IMG/VR virus record: IMGVR_UViG_3300005098_000017 | Location: 83,434 to 147,433 of that record | DNA length: 64,000 nt | From: a virus | Reading direction: 5' to 3' (one strand) | Part shown: piece by piece, positions 47,801-58,176 of the stretch | Layout: each line of letters opens with the position of its first letter | Position numbering within the stretch: position 1 is the stretch's first letter | Notes under the pieces: model-generated | Databases searched by the model: none | What the model saw: only the letters and a program-made list of their open reading frames with translations | Told to the model about the DNA's origin: nothing | Position numbers and translations under genes: made by a program

Positions 47801-48881
47801 CCACTTTATTAATAGTGAAGAGGATATTATAGCCAACAATCTTGCCGCCAATGCAACTGATATGCATAATGCGGTGGCTTATTATTTCCCCCACGATCCA
47901 TTTATGTGGGCTCCGGGGATAGCAGTGCCGGGGCCTGATGAAAATAAATTTGATAACTTCTTTATGTATGTGTTGGATGATTCGATTCCTGATGATATAT
48001 TAACACCTGTTGAATTTTATGAGCCAAACTCCGATCCCAATGTATGGTTTGACTGGCGTCGCAGTTTGGCATTCAAGAAGCGTGTAAAGAAAAAAATTCT
48101 GGAGCCAAAAGATCTATTAGAAGCATTCCAATTTTTGCCGGCTTACATGATGCAGCCGCTTAACAAACTTATGGAAGAGATTGCTAAGATGTATGCGGGT
48201 GAAGTCATTATTGTTGGTATGCCCACAATCGATCCATGGGATATAGTTTACATGATGGATCTAACTAATGATATGGTTGGTTTACTAGAAGTAGAAGGGG
48301 TTACTGAGCATTTTAGTGTTGAGACTGGTTATGTTACCGTCATACATCCATCACTTTATACTACTATTGATATGCTTGATAAATATAGAGCAAGTGTTTT
48401 GCACCGTGTGTTCCATACAGTTTATGCGTCGACATTAAAAGGTGCTATTTTGAAGGCGGTATTGACGGCTTTTGGATTAGCCATATTTGGACCATTCATA
48501 GGTGCGGCGGCCGCCTTCATAGGTATATCAGCTGGTTGGTTGCTGATACCATTAATCATATATAAAGTAACCACAGGTGTTTATAAGACTTTGAAGGAAC
48601 ATACAAGTCTGATGGTATTTAATGCAGCTAGGGTTATGTTAAGGAATGCTTTATCATTTATACCTGTATGGTATAAGGGATTCCCATATGTGGCAGGGAT
48701 ACAGGGTTACAGAAGAGATACCATAGAGGTTATGATGTTGGATAAGTATCGTAATAATCCTGTGATACGGACGTTCATTGGCATAGATCCGTATCGGCTG
48801 TGGTATAATCAGGGGAAAATAGATAATTGGTATATATTTGGGACATTCTTTAAATCTTTAATTGGATTTTATCCATTCTGA
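44868..48881 (+). CDS. Baseplate hub-like protein (gp27/gpD-like), 1337 aa
   Basis: LKPGMYLIVKLGY..FIGRITDV..VVMAQGLG and MYAGEVIIVGMPTIDPWDIV..EVEGVTEHFSVETGYVTVI; precedes spike, wedge and J-like genes. Confidence 0.65.
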   Translation: MPEDRTNIVSDPSSKPTGDGKTKDKGYGMLPLTANLFLDDMLQFTNEAFPLASAMSILSGDYHFIVRNWTTAYPDRYIPDRILNKRGSTPLFYYDSDIGINNKVIRALVNETRYQANMILNQLAAFTNMPEDLIESIKQQLKKFYGPEAANKFENEIKKHTYGKKLDLKEYRKFLEQFKELYLDDSRLQYLLDSSDKQTSKLLGGLDARLGLLSWLNVRNYARLYIKLLELKEILEQIGKGEGAVPPDADALNLIKAMIIAKYKVDNPKASEADISAKAAEIDAAFGDEAKLAQVLTKYGKELADIYSSYDKLSKFVDKLINVWTKDPFFSGLLSAYRAENRSITEILWLARDIAHVDAVFAAKNVEDAVNTYFQHSLMVGPKEFETQLDILYRILVTYPLEVAYKVNRIYPTFRIFLVHPGTGLIYSFRDFYSPKAVESIDIYRDKLGTADVCRITVSNRGGQFVTDLPAFLEPHDIIDAGGARTPLMLKPGMYLIVKLGYANLENDLRTRFIGRITDVQMQEGRIVVMAQGLGTQLLMVPGQDEDHKGEIKVKDGGILRLLGFGSIISSYGALIAHLLLQTRGLGDLGRRVSLFRRWELGYRGAVYKTHRGPVMFALSNVLNRFLHNTAHLLPSFAKKVVGVFKYSPLYYLLPKRTRDNIDKMVDALPLLPTIMDSYRHYRDVTHNIGALMENIYIDAGVGGASTYTGLGKYAWDILAQYFRSIFGGIGRGRSAEDIQSQQRPINSEVVPWGIEYYTRAKSLYDCLKEVAWFFPGYILYTPFYNEDFVYSARATIFIGQKTFYYRYRDDLYSRVEDGPVIKKALLEIIDDAIQNIGKLKKVDWVYRYGQLFYLFPDINSILGKYSSSRMRSSPTTQPGKLPGYLDLVSGGRAHAVPQTVTENKGDITGEEFRVQLQDLRTLIETEGESLHKTGKNIFHLKFLFRPENYSPDVYNYVLSMKPEIALHMVSARPLQKTHFINSEEDIIANNLAANATDMHNAVAYYFPHDPFMWAPGIAVPGPDENKFDNFFMYVLDDSIPDDILTPVEFYEPNSDPNVWFDWRRSLAFKKRVKKKILEPKDLLEAFQFLPAYMMQPLNKLMEEIAKMYAGEVIIVGMPTIDPWDIVYMMDLTNDMVGLLEVEGVTEHFSVETGYVTVIHPSLYTTIDMLDKYRASVLHRVFHTVYASTLKGAILKAVLTAFGLAIFGPFIGAAAAFIGISAGWLLIPLIIYKVTTGVYKTLKEHTSLMVFNAARVMLRNALSFIPVWYKGFPYVAGIQGYRRDTIEVMMLDKYRNNPVIRTFIGIDPYRLWYNQGKIDNWYIFGTFFKSLIGFYPF

Positions 48882-49471
48882 TGGTTGTCGATTATGTAAA
48901 TAAGTTAGAGTTTTATGATGCTGATCGGATGCTCGGGCTCTTTAGGGTAAGGCAAGGGCTTTATGTTGGTTATGTGATCAATTTACGCCTTGGTCAAAAG
49001 TTTGATGATGCTGATTTATTTTTATGGTTTCATTCGGAGAATCCCAGTCCTTATGATGGTAATAAACCTGTTGATGAGACAGATCATTTAGATCCCCCCC
49101 ATTACATAAGTTTACTTTTACCTGTTTTTACTCATGGTATAAAGGGGACGACTGTTTCACCATTAGAGGCATCGATTGTTAGTGCGCCTTCTGCATATGG
49201 TTCAAAGGATAGTGCATCGGTGACTGATGGTGAGGGCCACGGCTTATTCGTAAGTAATAATACAGTAACAATCAATGCAGAGGATGCTGGCATTACACTT
49301 GGGCGTGATGGCATTTATATAAAAGGTAGAGTATTGTTTGAGGAGCCATCCAATACTTATGGATGGTTCAGGAAAAACCCTATGGCAATAATACCTTCTA
49401 CTGTTGTTACTCCGTTTCCTGATTTATCGATTGATGTTGAGATGTTAAGCAAGCTAATACCGGGCTTATAA
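48881..49471 (+). CDS. Probable baseplate spike-like protein
   Basis: Position after the hub; short beta-strand run GHGLFVSNNTVTINAEDAGITLGRDGIYIKG. Confidence 0.45.
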   Translation: MVVDYVNKLEFYDADRMLGLFRVRQGLYVGYVINLRLGQKFDDADLFLWFHSENPSPYDGNKPVDETDHLDPPHYISLLLPVFTHGIKGTTVSPLEASIVSAPSAYGSKDSASVTDGEGHGLFVSNNTVTINAEDAGITLGRDGIYIKGRVLFEEPSNTYGWFRKNPMAIIPSTVVTPFPDLSIDVEMLSKLIPGL

Positions 49472-49950
49472 TGGTGGATTTGCACATAAATCATTTAGGA
49501 TTGCTCGGTGATGATGTTTTTATCGATACTGATAAGAACGAGTATCTTGCTGATTTTATCGCATTTTTGTTGCGCACTACTCCCGGAAGTATTGATATTT
49601 ATCCAGAGCTGGGTGTAGGTGTTTATGATATGATCGGTGAATTCTGGTCCAAGGAGAAGAAAAAGCACATTACATTGGCTATAAAAAGGAAGCTTAATGA
49701 TCTACCTCAGATAGGAAACAGAGTCGCTCGTATTACTGTGTCAAGGGTTGTGGAAAAGGGTGATACCTATTTATTCATTGGTATAACGCTTATTACTGGC
49801 GAACGATATTTTTACACATTAGTTATGAATGAACATGGGTTAAGGTTATCGAAAGGAGGTAGGGATGAGGTGTATGATGAATATGTAGAAATGTTGGCAA
49901 AGGTAGAGTTTAAGGATGAAGATTTCAATAGTATTATGGAGCTATTATGA
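49471..49950 (+). CDS. Baseplate wedge protein, gp25/W-like
   Basis: LLRTTPGSIDIYPELGVGVYDMIG matches the gp25-family L.T.PGE...P..G pattern; precedes the J-like gene. Confidence 0.75.
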   Translation: MVDLHINHLGLLGDDVFIDTDKNEYLADFIAFLLRTTPGSIDIYPELGVGVYDMIGEFWSKEKKKHITLAIKRKLNDLPQIGNRVARITVSRVVEKGDTYLFIGITLITGERYFYTLVMNEHGLRLSKGGRDEVYDEYVEMLAKVEFKDEDFNSIMELL

Positions 49951-51041
49951 TTACCAAAACAGCAATCAAAAATATATTAGCTGATGCTGGCTTTGACACA
50001 ACAGATGGTTCACATCTGGATAGGCTGGTTGATGCTATGTATGATGTTACGCAGCAACTATTTTCTTCATGGGATATAAATCTTGATGCTTTTAATGTTG
50101 ATGCTCTTTCTGGTGGTGATCTTGATCGAGTTGGTGATTTCTTTGGTATAACACGGTTACCTGCATTGAGAGCAAGTGATCCATTGGGTGTGATTTTAAA
50201 GGTAACCAATGAAACTGATGATCCTATTACATTGCCAACGGGGGTATTAGTTAGGTCAGCTGATTGTAATTATGTTTTAACAAATGAAGCCGCCATTACT
50301 ATCGAACCACATGATTCAGTGTTTGTTCCATTTGAGGCATTAGTTGAGGGGACAGTAGGTAATGCTGCTGTTAGTGAGGTTAATAGCATTGATTATGTAG
50401 GTTTATCCGTAACTAATGTATTACCTATTTTGACTGGCCGTGATGAAGAACCTGATGATTCATACCGTTATCGTCTATCGTTAGTGCGTCATATGCGCAT
50501 GGGTGTTACTGCTACGGCATTAGAGGCGCTTGCATATACATTTCCATATGTGGCTAATGCTAGTGTTGATACAGTGGGCGCGGGCTTAATAACCGTTTTT
50601 GTTGAACCTGTTATAGGTTATTATGATTCAGCATTATCCTATTATGTTAAACTATATTTGCAGCGTTTTACGGCAGCTGGCGATTTATTAACGGTTCTTA
50701 TGCCATCTGTAAAGGTTGTTGAATTAGATATAGCATACAAATCACGGACTGATTATACTGCAGAAATCTATAACATTGTTGTTGATTATTTATTGAATCA
50801 AACATGGTCATTTTCAATTACTGAGATAATAGAAAGAATTTATGATTCCGTCGGGCCTATTGATCTATATATAAGGTCTTGTTATGTTGGTGATTTGGAT
50901 CTTAAGACAATGACTGTTTACAACAGGATACCTATTATTGATGAGTATTTACCTGAACGACGGGAGGAACCTGAGGTGCCTGTTTTCTCATCTGTGCGGT
51001 TTTATACCAATTCAGATTTTATTAAGATAACTAGATTATGA
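49947..51041 (+). CDS. Baseplate J-like protein
   Basis: LSGGDLDRVGDFFGITRL, ITLPTG, FEALVEGTVGN, VTNVLPILTGRDEEPDDSYRYRL, GAGLITVFV. Confidence 0.88.
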   Translation: MITKTAIKNILADAGFDTTDGSHLDRLVDAMYDVTQQLFSSWDINLDAFNVDALSGGDLDRVGDFFGITRLPALRASDPLGVILKVTNETDDPITLPTGVLVRSADCNYVLTNEAAITIEPHDSVFVPFEALVEGTVGNAAVSEVNSIDYVGLSVTNVLPILTGRDEEPDDSYRYRLSLVRHMRMGVTATALEALAYTFPYVANASVDTVGAGLITVFVEPVIGYYDSALSYYVKLYLQRFTAAGDLLTVLMPSVKVVELDIAYKSRTDYTAEIYNIVVDYLLNQTWSFSITEIIERIYDSVGPIDLYIRSCYVGDLDLKTMTVYNRIPIIDEYLPERREEPEVPVFSSVRFYTNSDFIKITRL

Positions 51042-53398
51042 GAGCTGTAATTTCTAAGTATAGAGGTTTAGTATCTGATAGCGTAATGCGCAGAGCATTT
51101 CCGCCGTGGGTATATGTCGAACCCGGCGGGCCTCTCTACACGCTTATTGGCACACTATTATCCCTTGCTGAATCATATGCAAGGTATGCCCGCTATTTAC
51201 GTCGTAATGATCCATTAAAATCATCATTGCAAGATTTAGTTAATTTGTATTATAAAGCAGTACCTGAAAAGCCTGAATTCTGTAATGTTCGTGTTGGTGA
51301 CAATGTATTTAAGATAGCTGTTACGGATGACCACATAGAATTTCTGGGAGCTGATGTAGGATATATTGCACCTGTGGGTGTAATAAGGGTACCGGAAGGG
51401 GTACAAGATTTTATTATTTACAGAAAGGATATGGAGCTTTACCTTGATGTTGTGACATCAAGTGAGCATTATTCGACTAAGTATCCCTTTGAGGTATTTA
51501 AGAAAATGTCTCCGTTTATAGCGGGGACTGTGGTGAAGCGCGGGCTTATCATCACTCCTAAATACACAACCTATACCAAACTTGATACCTTTGAGGAATC
51601 AAAGTCCGATCCTTATTTTACTATCACAAAGAAGATTAAAGTTATTGACCCGTTTCATAAAAGAGATGGAATTTCATTATCATGGGTTCTTAATGATGGT
51701 GAGGTTATAGAGCATAATTTAGTTGACCCAGCAACATATGAAGCCGCGCCGCTTACTGTTTCTAACTTTATGTTTCCTTATACAGATGACATTACTCCTT
51801 ACAAGTTCCGCATTGAATTTGATAATGGTATAGTCCAGTTGTATAATCCTGTTTCACCGTTTTATATAATTTATGAATATGGATCACCAACACCATATAT
51901 ATCGTTTAATCAGTCATATGATTACATCCAAGAGGAAATGGTAACAGATTATCCTGATGAGGTTATTTCTGATGGTACTACGGGGGACATGCATCTTGAG
52001 GGAAATCATATGGTTGTTGATGTTACATTGAATAATATGGTATCGAGTTGTGATCTCTTAGTAGCGCGGCTTATTTCCCATGCTTATCTGGGTGACCCCG
52101 ATGGAATAGAACCAAATGAATCTGATGATGAAGGTCACTATTATAAATTTACTTTCAATCCAGAGCCTTCCGATCCTTATGAATATGGTAATGGGGAAAA
52201 CGATAGAGGCCTATTACTTGAGGTTATTTTACAGCGTGCAGAAGCAAGAGTTGATCTGCATGATGCATCGATGACTGATGTAGTTACGTTTCCTGCTGGT
52301 ACTGATTTAAAGGATTATTTTACGGTCTCACATGAAGGGTTAGCTATATCCATAAAGCCTAACGGGGCACTACTTGAGACAGCTGAGTATGGAACCAGCG
52401 ACTTTAAGTTTGCATTTACATTTAAGTATGTATTAATATATACAGTAGAAGGTAGTGTGCCGACTGTGGGGCGCTTGCAGTACCTTGATGAGGTTATAAA
52501 TTGGGAGGATCCTAATGCATGGGTGATTGGTCCTATGACAGCATATATTGATCATGTTCCTGAGGGTTATGGCGAGCGCTTCATTTTCACTGGTGGGTTA
52601 ACGGACTATAAGGTTGTATTGCAAGCGGATGTGCATGAGTATGATCCATCGCATCCCGATATACCTGGACCTGTATTATATGCGAGTGGTACTGATATAA
52701 CAGACCTTGTTGAACTGGAGGTATGCGAGGATTATATGCGGTTTGTGCCCAAGATAGAGTTATCATTTAATGGTTTTGAATTCCGAAACTTAAGTGCAAC
52801 AGTACCACCTATAAGGGTGCAGGGTACATTGCGTATTGAAACTTTGAACTTTTATACACTTACACCAACTCCAGAGAACACAGTATACATGTCATTATCA
52901 TTATATCCATTTGCAGACAGGACAAAGAATGCGATTTTAAGTAAATATAGTAGATTTACATCGAATGTAAAGATTACGAGTGTAAGGGTTTATAACTTTC
53001 TTGAATATATTGATAATGTTCTTATTGAGGACGATATTACAGTTCAGGCATTGGGGCCGGTGCGGGCTTATGTGTTAAAGGCATATCCGACGCGCCTGTT
53101 TTTATATTACATGGGGACCAATGATGTAGAATATAGAGATTTTGATAGTAGCATTAGTAGTATTACCCACTTTGATGGATATATTTTTATTGCACTTGAT
53201 GATGGTATTTATGCATATGATTTATATGCTGCTGAGGTAACAAAACTGAGTGATGTTGTAGCTGATAGGATACGTATCGGTCCTGATAACAAGTTATATA
53301 TTCTTAAGGGTTCAAGAATCACAGTATGTGAGTTAGTAAGAAATAGAGCTTTTTATAATGGTGCAGAGATAGTATCATTTTATCCTATTGTAGAATAA
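51038..53398 (+). CDS. Baseplate or tail structural protein, 786 aa
   Basis: Follows the J-like gene; N-terminus RRAFPPW is wedge-like; acidic and beta-rich. Confidence 0.55.
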   Translation: MRAVISKYRGLVSDSVMRRAFPPWVYVEPGGPLYTLIGTLLSLAESYARYARYLRRNDPLKSSLQDLVNLYYKAVPEKPEFCNVRVGDNVFKIAVTDDHIEFLGADVGYIAPVGVIRVPEGVQDFIIYRKDMELYLDVVTSSEHYSTKYPFEVFKKMSPFIAGTVVKRGLIITPKYTTYTKLDTFEESKSDPYFTITKKIKVIDPFHKRDGISLSWVLNDGEVIEHNLVDPATYEAAPLTVSNFMFPYTDDITPYKFRIEFDNGIVQLYNPVSPFYIIYEYGSPTPYISFNQSYDYIQEEMVTDYPDEVISDGTTGDMHLEGNHMVVDVTLNNMVSSCDLLVARLISHAYLGDPDGIEPNESDDEGHYYKFTFNPEPSDPYEYGNGENDRGLLLEVILQRAEARVDLHDASMTDVVTFPAGTDLKDYFTVSHEGLAISIKPNGALLETAEYGTSDFKFAFTFKYVLIYTVEGSVPTVGRLQYLDEVINWEDPNAWVIGPMTAYIDHVPEGYGERFIFTGGLTDYKVVLQADVHEYDPSHPDIPGPVLYASGTDITDLVELEVCEDYMRFVPKIELSFNGFEFRNLSATVPPIRVQGTLRIETLNFYTLTPTPENTVYMSLSLYPFADRTKNAILSKYSRFTSNVKITSVRVYNFLEYIDNVLIEDDITVQALGPVRAYVLKAYPTRLFLYYMGTNDVEYRDFDSSISSITHFDGYIFIALDDGIYAYDLYAAEVTKLSDVVADRIRIGPDNKLYILKGSRITVCELVRNRAFYNGAEIVSFYPIVE

Positions 53399-53399
53399 T

Positions 53400-55025
53400 A
53401 TGAGAAGTGCTGGTTATTTAAATATAGCGGCTTATTTTGATGCGGTACCAAATAGGGAGCTACAACAAGCAGAGATATCATACTTGTGGAGGCGTATTGG
53501 TGGTGCGCCTCTGACGCTTCATTATATGTCGCTGAATCGCATATTAATGGCGTTCTTGATGAAGGATTTTGATGTTATTAATTACCGTTTTCCATTTAGA
53601 GTTGATAGATTATCATTATTTGCTTATAGGAAAAGGGGTAAAGATTGGAAATATAAAGTATATGAGGATATTGAAGCCGCCGCCTCCCTTATAGATAAAT
53701 ATGAAGAGGGCGATGACTATCCATTCTTTCCCGTAAGGACCGAGAATTCATACATGATTGTACCTTATCCGGGGTATGAGATCCTTTATATCGGTGATAA
53801 TGGTCAAGAACTTTTTGAAGCGCCGGCTCCATCGACGAATAGGTTGGTTTATTCAGCATTGTATTGGGCCTTGTTATATGCTGATGATTATGGGTATTTA
53901 CCTAAATCAATTGAGGAGCATATTATTAATTGTTTGTTAAAGAGACCAACGACGATGGCGGGCTTCGAACCTTATGCTTATGACGTGGCTGAATATGATG
54001 TTAATATGGGTTCCTATCCTCTTATGACTGGAGCCCGTGTTGCGTATCCTGATAAGGATTTTAATATTGATACATCTAAGCCGGCGCCCGGCTTATGCTT
54101 CGGTCTGGAGGTGGATGACATAGAGGTTGATGCTGAGGATTATCGTTTTGTTATGACCGACGGCGGCTTCATCATAGGCGGCCGCTTCCTACACACAGGA
54201 TTATATGATGTTTATGTTTATGATATTTCTAAATATGAATGGGACGATGGAGAAGGTACATGGATACCAGTCGGGCCATATGAGGAGCCAATAGATCTGA
54301 AATTATCAGTCCCTCTTTCGTTTCCTCATCTTATTTTTGCTTTTGAGAAACCATATATGTTTTCTCACCACTATGTTCGTATTGATCCGGCGCCCGGTGA
54401 TAGCTTTGAAGTGCCATTTATGGATCCTCCGTTGCCTTATTCGTTGGAGGGGGCTTATACGCCTTATTCCGGATCATATCACGATGCCATGTACGGTAAT
54501 CCAACTGTTTTAGATGAGCATCTTTTGAAGTGTGTCGATCTGGATCATCCTAAGCGTTATAGTTATTCGATCCTTGATGTAGATCTTATTAGGATTCATC
54601 ATTGTGGATACAGGACATACATTTATATATTTATTCTGCGGCATGATGAGCTACAAAAGTTAAATAAAAGCGTTGATAGTGTTAAATATGATGTTTTGGA
54701 TGGATTAACATTAGGGGTTGTTGGTATTGATGATGACTTTTCAGATACTACCATAGAGATTAAAGGTAATCCTGATCCGTTATATTTGTCGTCTAGTTAT
54801 GAGTGGTTGACATTAAAGGTAAAGAAGGATGGTGTGTTTTTAGATGCTGTTGTTGTTAAAGCATATGATGATTCAGATAGCCGTATTGTAATGCATCATG
54901 CCAATCTTGCTCCTGATTACGGTGCATCTGATGTCTATCCTATTATGACAACATGGTTTGGGTATGCTTTAGTAGGTGTTGAGGATAGTTCACGTATTGA
55001 TCATTTTGTGGTTGAAAAGATTTAA
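53400..55025 (+). CDS. Hypothetical tail/baseplate protein, 541 aa
   Basis: Long Tyr/Asp-rich ORF in the baseplate module. Confidence 0.6.
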   Translation: MRSAGYLNIAAYFDAVPNRELQQAEISYLWRRIGGAPLTLHYMSLNRILMAFLMKDFDVINYRFPFRVDRLSLFAYRKRGKDWKYKVYEDIEAAASLIDKYEEGDDYPFFPVRTENSYMIVPYPGYEILYIGDNGQELFEAPAPSTNRLVYSALYWALLYADDYGYLPKSIEEHIINCLLKRPTTMAGFEPYAYDVAEYDVNMGSYPLMTGARVAYPDKDFNIDTSKPAPGLCFGLEVDDIEVDAEDYRFVMTDGGFIIGGRFLHTGLYDVYVYDISKYEWDDGEGTWIPVGPYEEPIDLKLSVPLSFPHLIFAFEKPYMFSHHYVRIDPAPGDSFEVPFMDPPLPYSLEGAYTPYSGSYHDAMYGNPTVLDEHLLKCVDLDHPKRYSYSILDVDLIRIHHCGYRTYIYIFILRHDELQKLNKSVDSVKYDVLDGLTLGVVGIDDDFSDTTIEIKGNPDPLYLSSSYEWLTLKVKKDGVFLDAVVVKAYDDSDSRIVMHHANLAPDYGASDVYPIMTTWFGYALVGVEDSSRIDHFVVEKI

Positions 55026-55039
55026 ATTTTATGTATAAT
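55012..55039 (+). promoter_or_regulatory. Possible sigma70-type promoter
   Basis: TTGAAA (55012-55017), 16-bp spacer, TATAAT (55034-55039), just upstream of SD GGAGG; AT-rich context makes a chance match possible. Confidence 0.4.
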
Positions 55040-55056
55040 AATATTGGAGGATTAAC

Positions 55057-58000
55057 ATGGGTTTCTCAATAATACCATCGGATCATTATATAAAGCCCGG
55101 TCGGATAACAGCGGCAGATATTAACCGGGCGTTTGATGATATAAATAATAGGCTTGGTGGCTCAAATTATGTTTTACCGCTTCTTGTTGCTGATACCAAT
55201 ATTATTTATCTTTCGCGCATTAGTGAATGGGGTCCTGATGATGTTGAGGTGCATGTAAGGGATGTCACACCTTATTCTGTTGATCCAGCAACAAGAACAG
55301 GTACACTTAAGATATTACCAAGCATCCCTACCGGTAGTTGTGTAAAGGATACCTCCACATGGGAGGTTACTATTGAAGGTACAACGATCGGATCCGGGAC
55401 ATTCGATGGAGCAACACATGAGTTTAGTGGTATAGCTTTATATGGTAAGACAATAACAGTACATTTTCATTTTGATTTTGATGATACAGTTGGATTTTTA
55501 GACGTAAGGGAGAAGGTTTTATTTAATTTCCAGCTTGCTGTAGAAGCGTTGACTGATGCTACTGATAAGCCTTGGAGTTATTATACAATTGTTGGACGTG
55601 CCGAACCGCTGCCTTCATTTGCGTCTTCATATCCCCATGTGCTTGTCAGATTTGATTCGAGGGTTGTTGAGACAGATGCTACAGGAACGGCTATGGTTAC
55701 CGGTACTGTATATTTTTCATGGGGTAGTGATACGACAGGTACACATTGGGAAATTTATAAGGTTATTGATGGCGCAGAGACACTAATATCATCGGGAACT
55801 GATGCCATATCAGAAAAAGATTTTAGTTTTAATGTTACTCTTACGGATGAGCGGGAGAAGGAGGTTATTTTAAAGGTTATTCTTGGTAATAGTACATTCC
55901 CTAATGTGACCTTTACTGATAAATGTTGGGTGATAACTGATGTATCTGATGCCTTACCTTTAATTGAACAGATACCTTCATGTGTTGTTATGCCTCCATT
56001 GTGGGAATCATTCTATACTGTCGGTTCAAATACTTATGTCTATACATTCTATCTAACTACATCAGCTACCCATTGGGTTGGTATCGATGATGATAAGCGC
56101 GCGCTTAAATTAAATATAGAAAACGACGATTACGAAATCAAGAAGACTGATGGTACATGGGCAACAATTGCTGATGCCGTTGAGAAGGTAATAGCTATTG
56201 CACATACGCGTAATACAAGTGGTGGCGAGAGTGTTTATGTATATGATCCTTATACATTAGATAGCTATATTTATGCGGGTGATGGTACCATACCTTCTGG
56301 GGAAACTCTACTATATGTTGATTTCCTTGTAATGTTATCGAAGCAATATGATTACAGTTATATCAAATCACCCAGTGGTACTTATACTTATAACGATAGC
56401 CCTATAGAATTTTTATATACAATCGCTGAGCATGATACCAGCTTCATGGTTATTGGTAGTAGATCGCATACAACACATGTTCATTATTATCCCATTTTAT
56501 CATCTTGTATTGCATTTTTCGATCCTACTAATGTGAGTATGGAAAGTGGTAGTGCCACCAGTACCCTTAGGGCTATTATTCTAAATGCTCCACTACAAGA
56601 AGCTGATCTTGTGCGATATGGGTTTATTAGTGGATCTGCATCACCAACATCGAAAATTGAGTATCAATATGTTATATCATGTTTGGAGGCTCCTGCAGGG
56701 GTTACTGTTGAAATATATGATGATAGTGATGATAATTGGCACCCTATTACATCAAGTAGTTATACTATTAGTATAGGCGAACTTGATGCCGTGCCGGCTT
56801 ATTATAGTTTTCCTGTACGAGTTATTGGTAGTGCTACGGCTAATATTCTGTTCAATGTTGAATTAGTTGCAAAGTATCATGATGCATCAGGTACCGAATC
56901 GACTGTGCTAATAGAGCGCAGGCATATTGCATTGGCTACATTTTTGTCTGGAGGCGCGGCGGCTTATGCAACCTCCCTTTCATTACCCCGTACCAATTTT
57001 ATGGTTTATGTTGGTGGATATGGTATGGGAATACCAACAATCTCAAAGCCTGATGTTAGTGATGTCTATTTAGATAGTAGTACTCACTTATATTATCTTG
57101 GGTTAATTGCACGAGAACCATTAAAGATCATTTATGGAGACACTACAGGAGACATTATAGGAGGCGAATCGAGGCTTGGTGGTGTGACACTAGAAGATAT
57201 ATCAGCATCCATGCTTGGATATCGTCTTGATACAGATATTCTATTACCGGCAGGAGTATTAAAAAGTGAGATCTATATTGCTTATGATCCATCATCAAAG
57301 CATATCATAATAAGTAGCGAATTTACAGGTGGCTGTATTCCGGTAGGCGTACTGATAATTGAGCGTTATGCTGAAAATCTGTATCCATCATTGAAATTTA
57401 TTCCCTATGTACATACATATGTATATGAGGCAACGCGTGGTTTAGCAGTCGGCCGCTTCGGCTTAGTAGACAAGGTTGGAGTAGAGAGCCCTGTTATTGT
57501 TGCGACGACGCATTTTGAAAATGCTGATGATTTAACGAATTTGCTTGCGCTTATGGGAATTGGTGATAGCTGTTTACTTATTGGTGAAAATGATGCAAGT
57601 AGTGATTCCATGAGATTCCCCTATGTAATGGGTGTGAAGAAGCTTGCTGAAGATAAGGTGAAGCTTACGATGCTTACTGATGTAGGTATGGCAACTGTTT
57701 TAATGGAGAGTGCAAGCAGATATGTTTATCCAGTTCTTGATGTCTTTAGAATTTATTATGTAGATGCCAGCGGTAATTTTAGTGCCACGCCGCCACCGCC
57801 GACAGCGGTCTATCATGCTGTAGGCCCTCCAGGGAGTACAATTAGTACCAGTGTGCTAGGAGATGATGCAAAGATTTTTGAGAATATTGGCAATCAACTT
57901 ATTATTCTAGTAGAGCCATACATTTATGTTGATAAAACATTACTTCCTGATCCCAGTGTTAATATAGTAGGCATGCAAGTTGTTGGTGGTGGTCAATATA

Positions 58001-58176
58001 TGGGAGGATTCTTAATGCTTTCCCATTATATATTATTAACAGATGATCATGGGAGTGGTTATTTCCTGTCAGTACCAGCGAGGATAATAGTATTTGGATC
58101 AATGTATCATGCCCTTGGTGGTTGGGGCGCACCAACTACACCTGGTAGTCCATTTACACCACCAGCACATAGTTAA
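55057..58176 (+). CDS. Large Ser/Thr-rich beta-structured tail fibre / receptor-binding candidate, 1039 aa
   Basis: N-terminus PGRITAADINRAFDDI resembles fibre attachment ends; Ig-like beta composition; strong SD. Confidence 0.55.
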   Translation: MGFSIIPSDHYIKPGRITAADINRAFDDINNRLGGSNYVLPLLVADTNIIYLSRISEWGPDDVEVHVRDVTPYSVDPATRTGTLKILPSIPTGSCVKDTSTWEVTIEGTTIGSGTFDGATHEFSGIALYGKTITVHFHFDFDDTVGFLDVREKVLFNFQLAVEALTDATDKPWSYYTIVGRAEPLPSFASSYPHVLVRFDSRVVETDATGTAMVTGTVYFSWGSDTTGTHWEIYKVIDGAETLISSGTDAISEKDFSFNVTLTDEREKEVILKVILGNSTFPNVTFTDKCWVITDVSDALPLIEQIPSCVVMPPLWESFYTVGSNTYVYTFYLTTSATHWVGIDDDKRALKLNIENDDYEIKKTDGTWATIADAVEKVIAIAHTRNTSGGESVYVYDPYTLDSYIYAGDGTIPSGETLLYVDFLVMLSKQYDYSYIKSPSGTYTYNDSPIEFLYTIAEHDTSFMVIGSRSHTTHVHYYPILSSCIAFFDPTNVSMESGSATSTLRAIILNAPLQEADLVRYGFISGSASPTSKIEYQYVISCLEAPAGVTVEIYDDSDDNWHPITSSSYTISIGELDAVPAYYSFPVRVIGSATANILFNVELVAKYHDASGTESTVLIERRHIALATFLSGGAAAYATSLSLPRTNFMVYVGGYGMGIPTISKPDVSDVYLDSSTHLYYLGLIAREPLKIIYGDTTGDIIGGESRLGGVTLEDISASMLGYRLDTDILLPAGVLKSEIYIAYDPSSKHIIISSEFTGGCIPVGVLIIERYAENLYPSLKFIPYVHTYVYEATRGLAVGRFGLVDKVGVESPVIVATTHFENADDLTNLLALMGIGDSCLLIGENDASSDSMRFPYVMGVKKLAEDKVKLTMLTDVGMATVLMESASRYVYPVLDVFRIYYVDASGNFSATPPPPTAVYHAVGPPGSTISTSVLGDDAKIFENIGNQLIILVEPYIYVDKTLLPDPSVNIVGMQVVGGGQYMGGFLMLSHYILLTDDHGSGYFLSVPARIIVFGSMYHALGGWGAPTTPGSPFTPPAHS

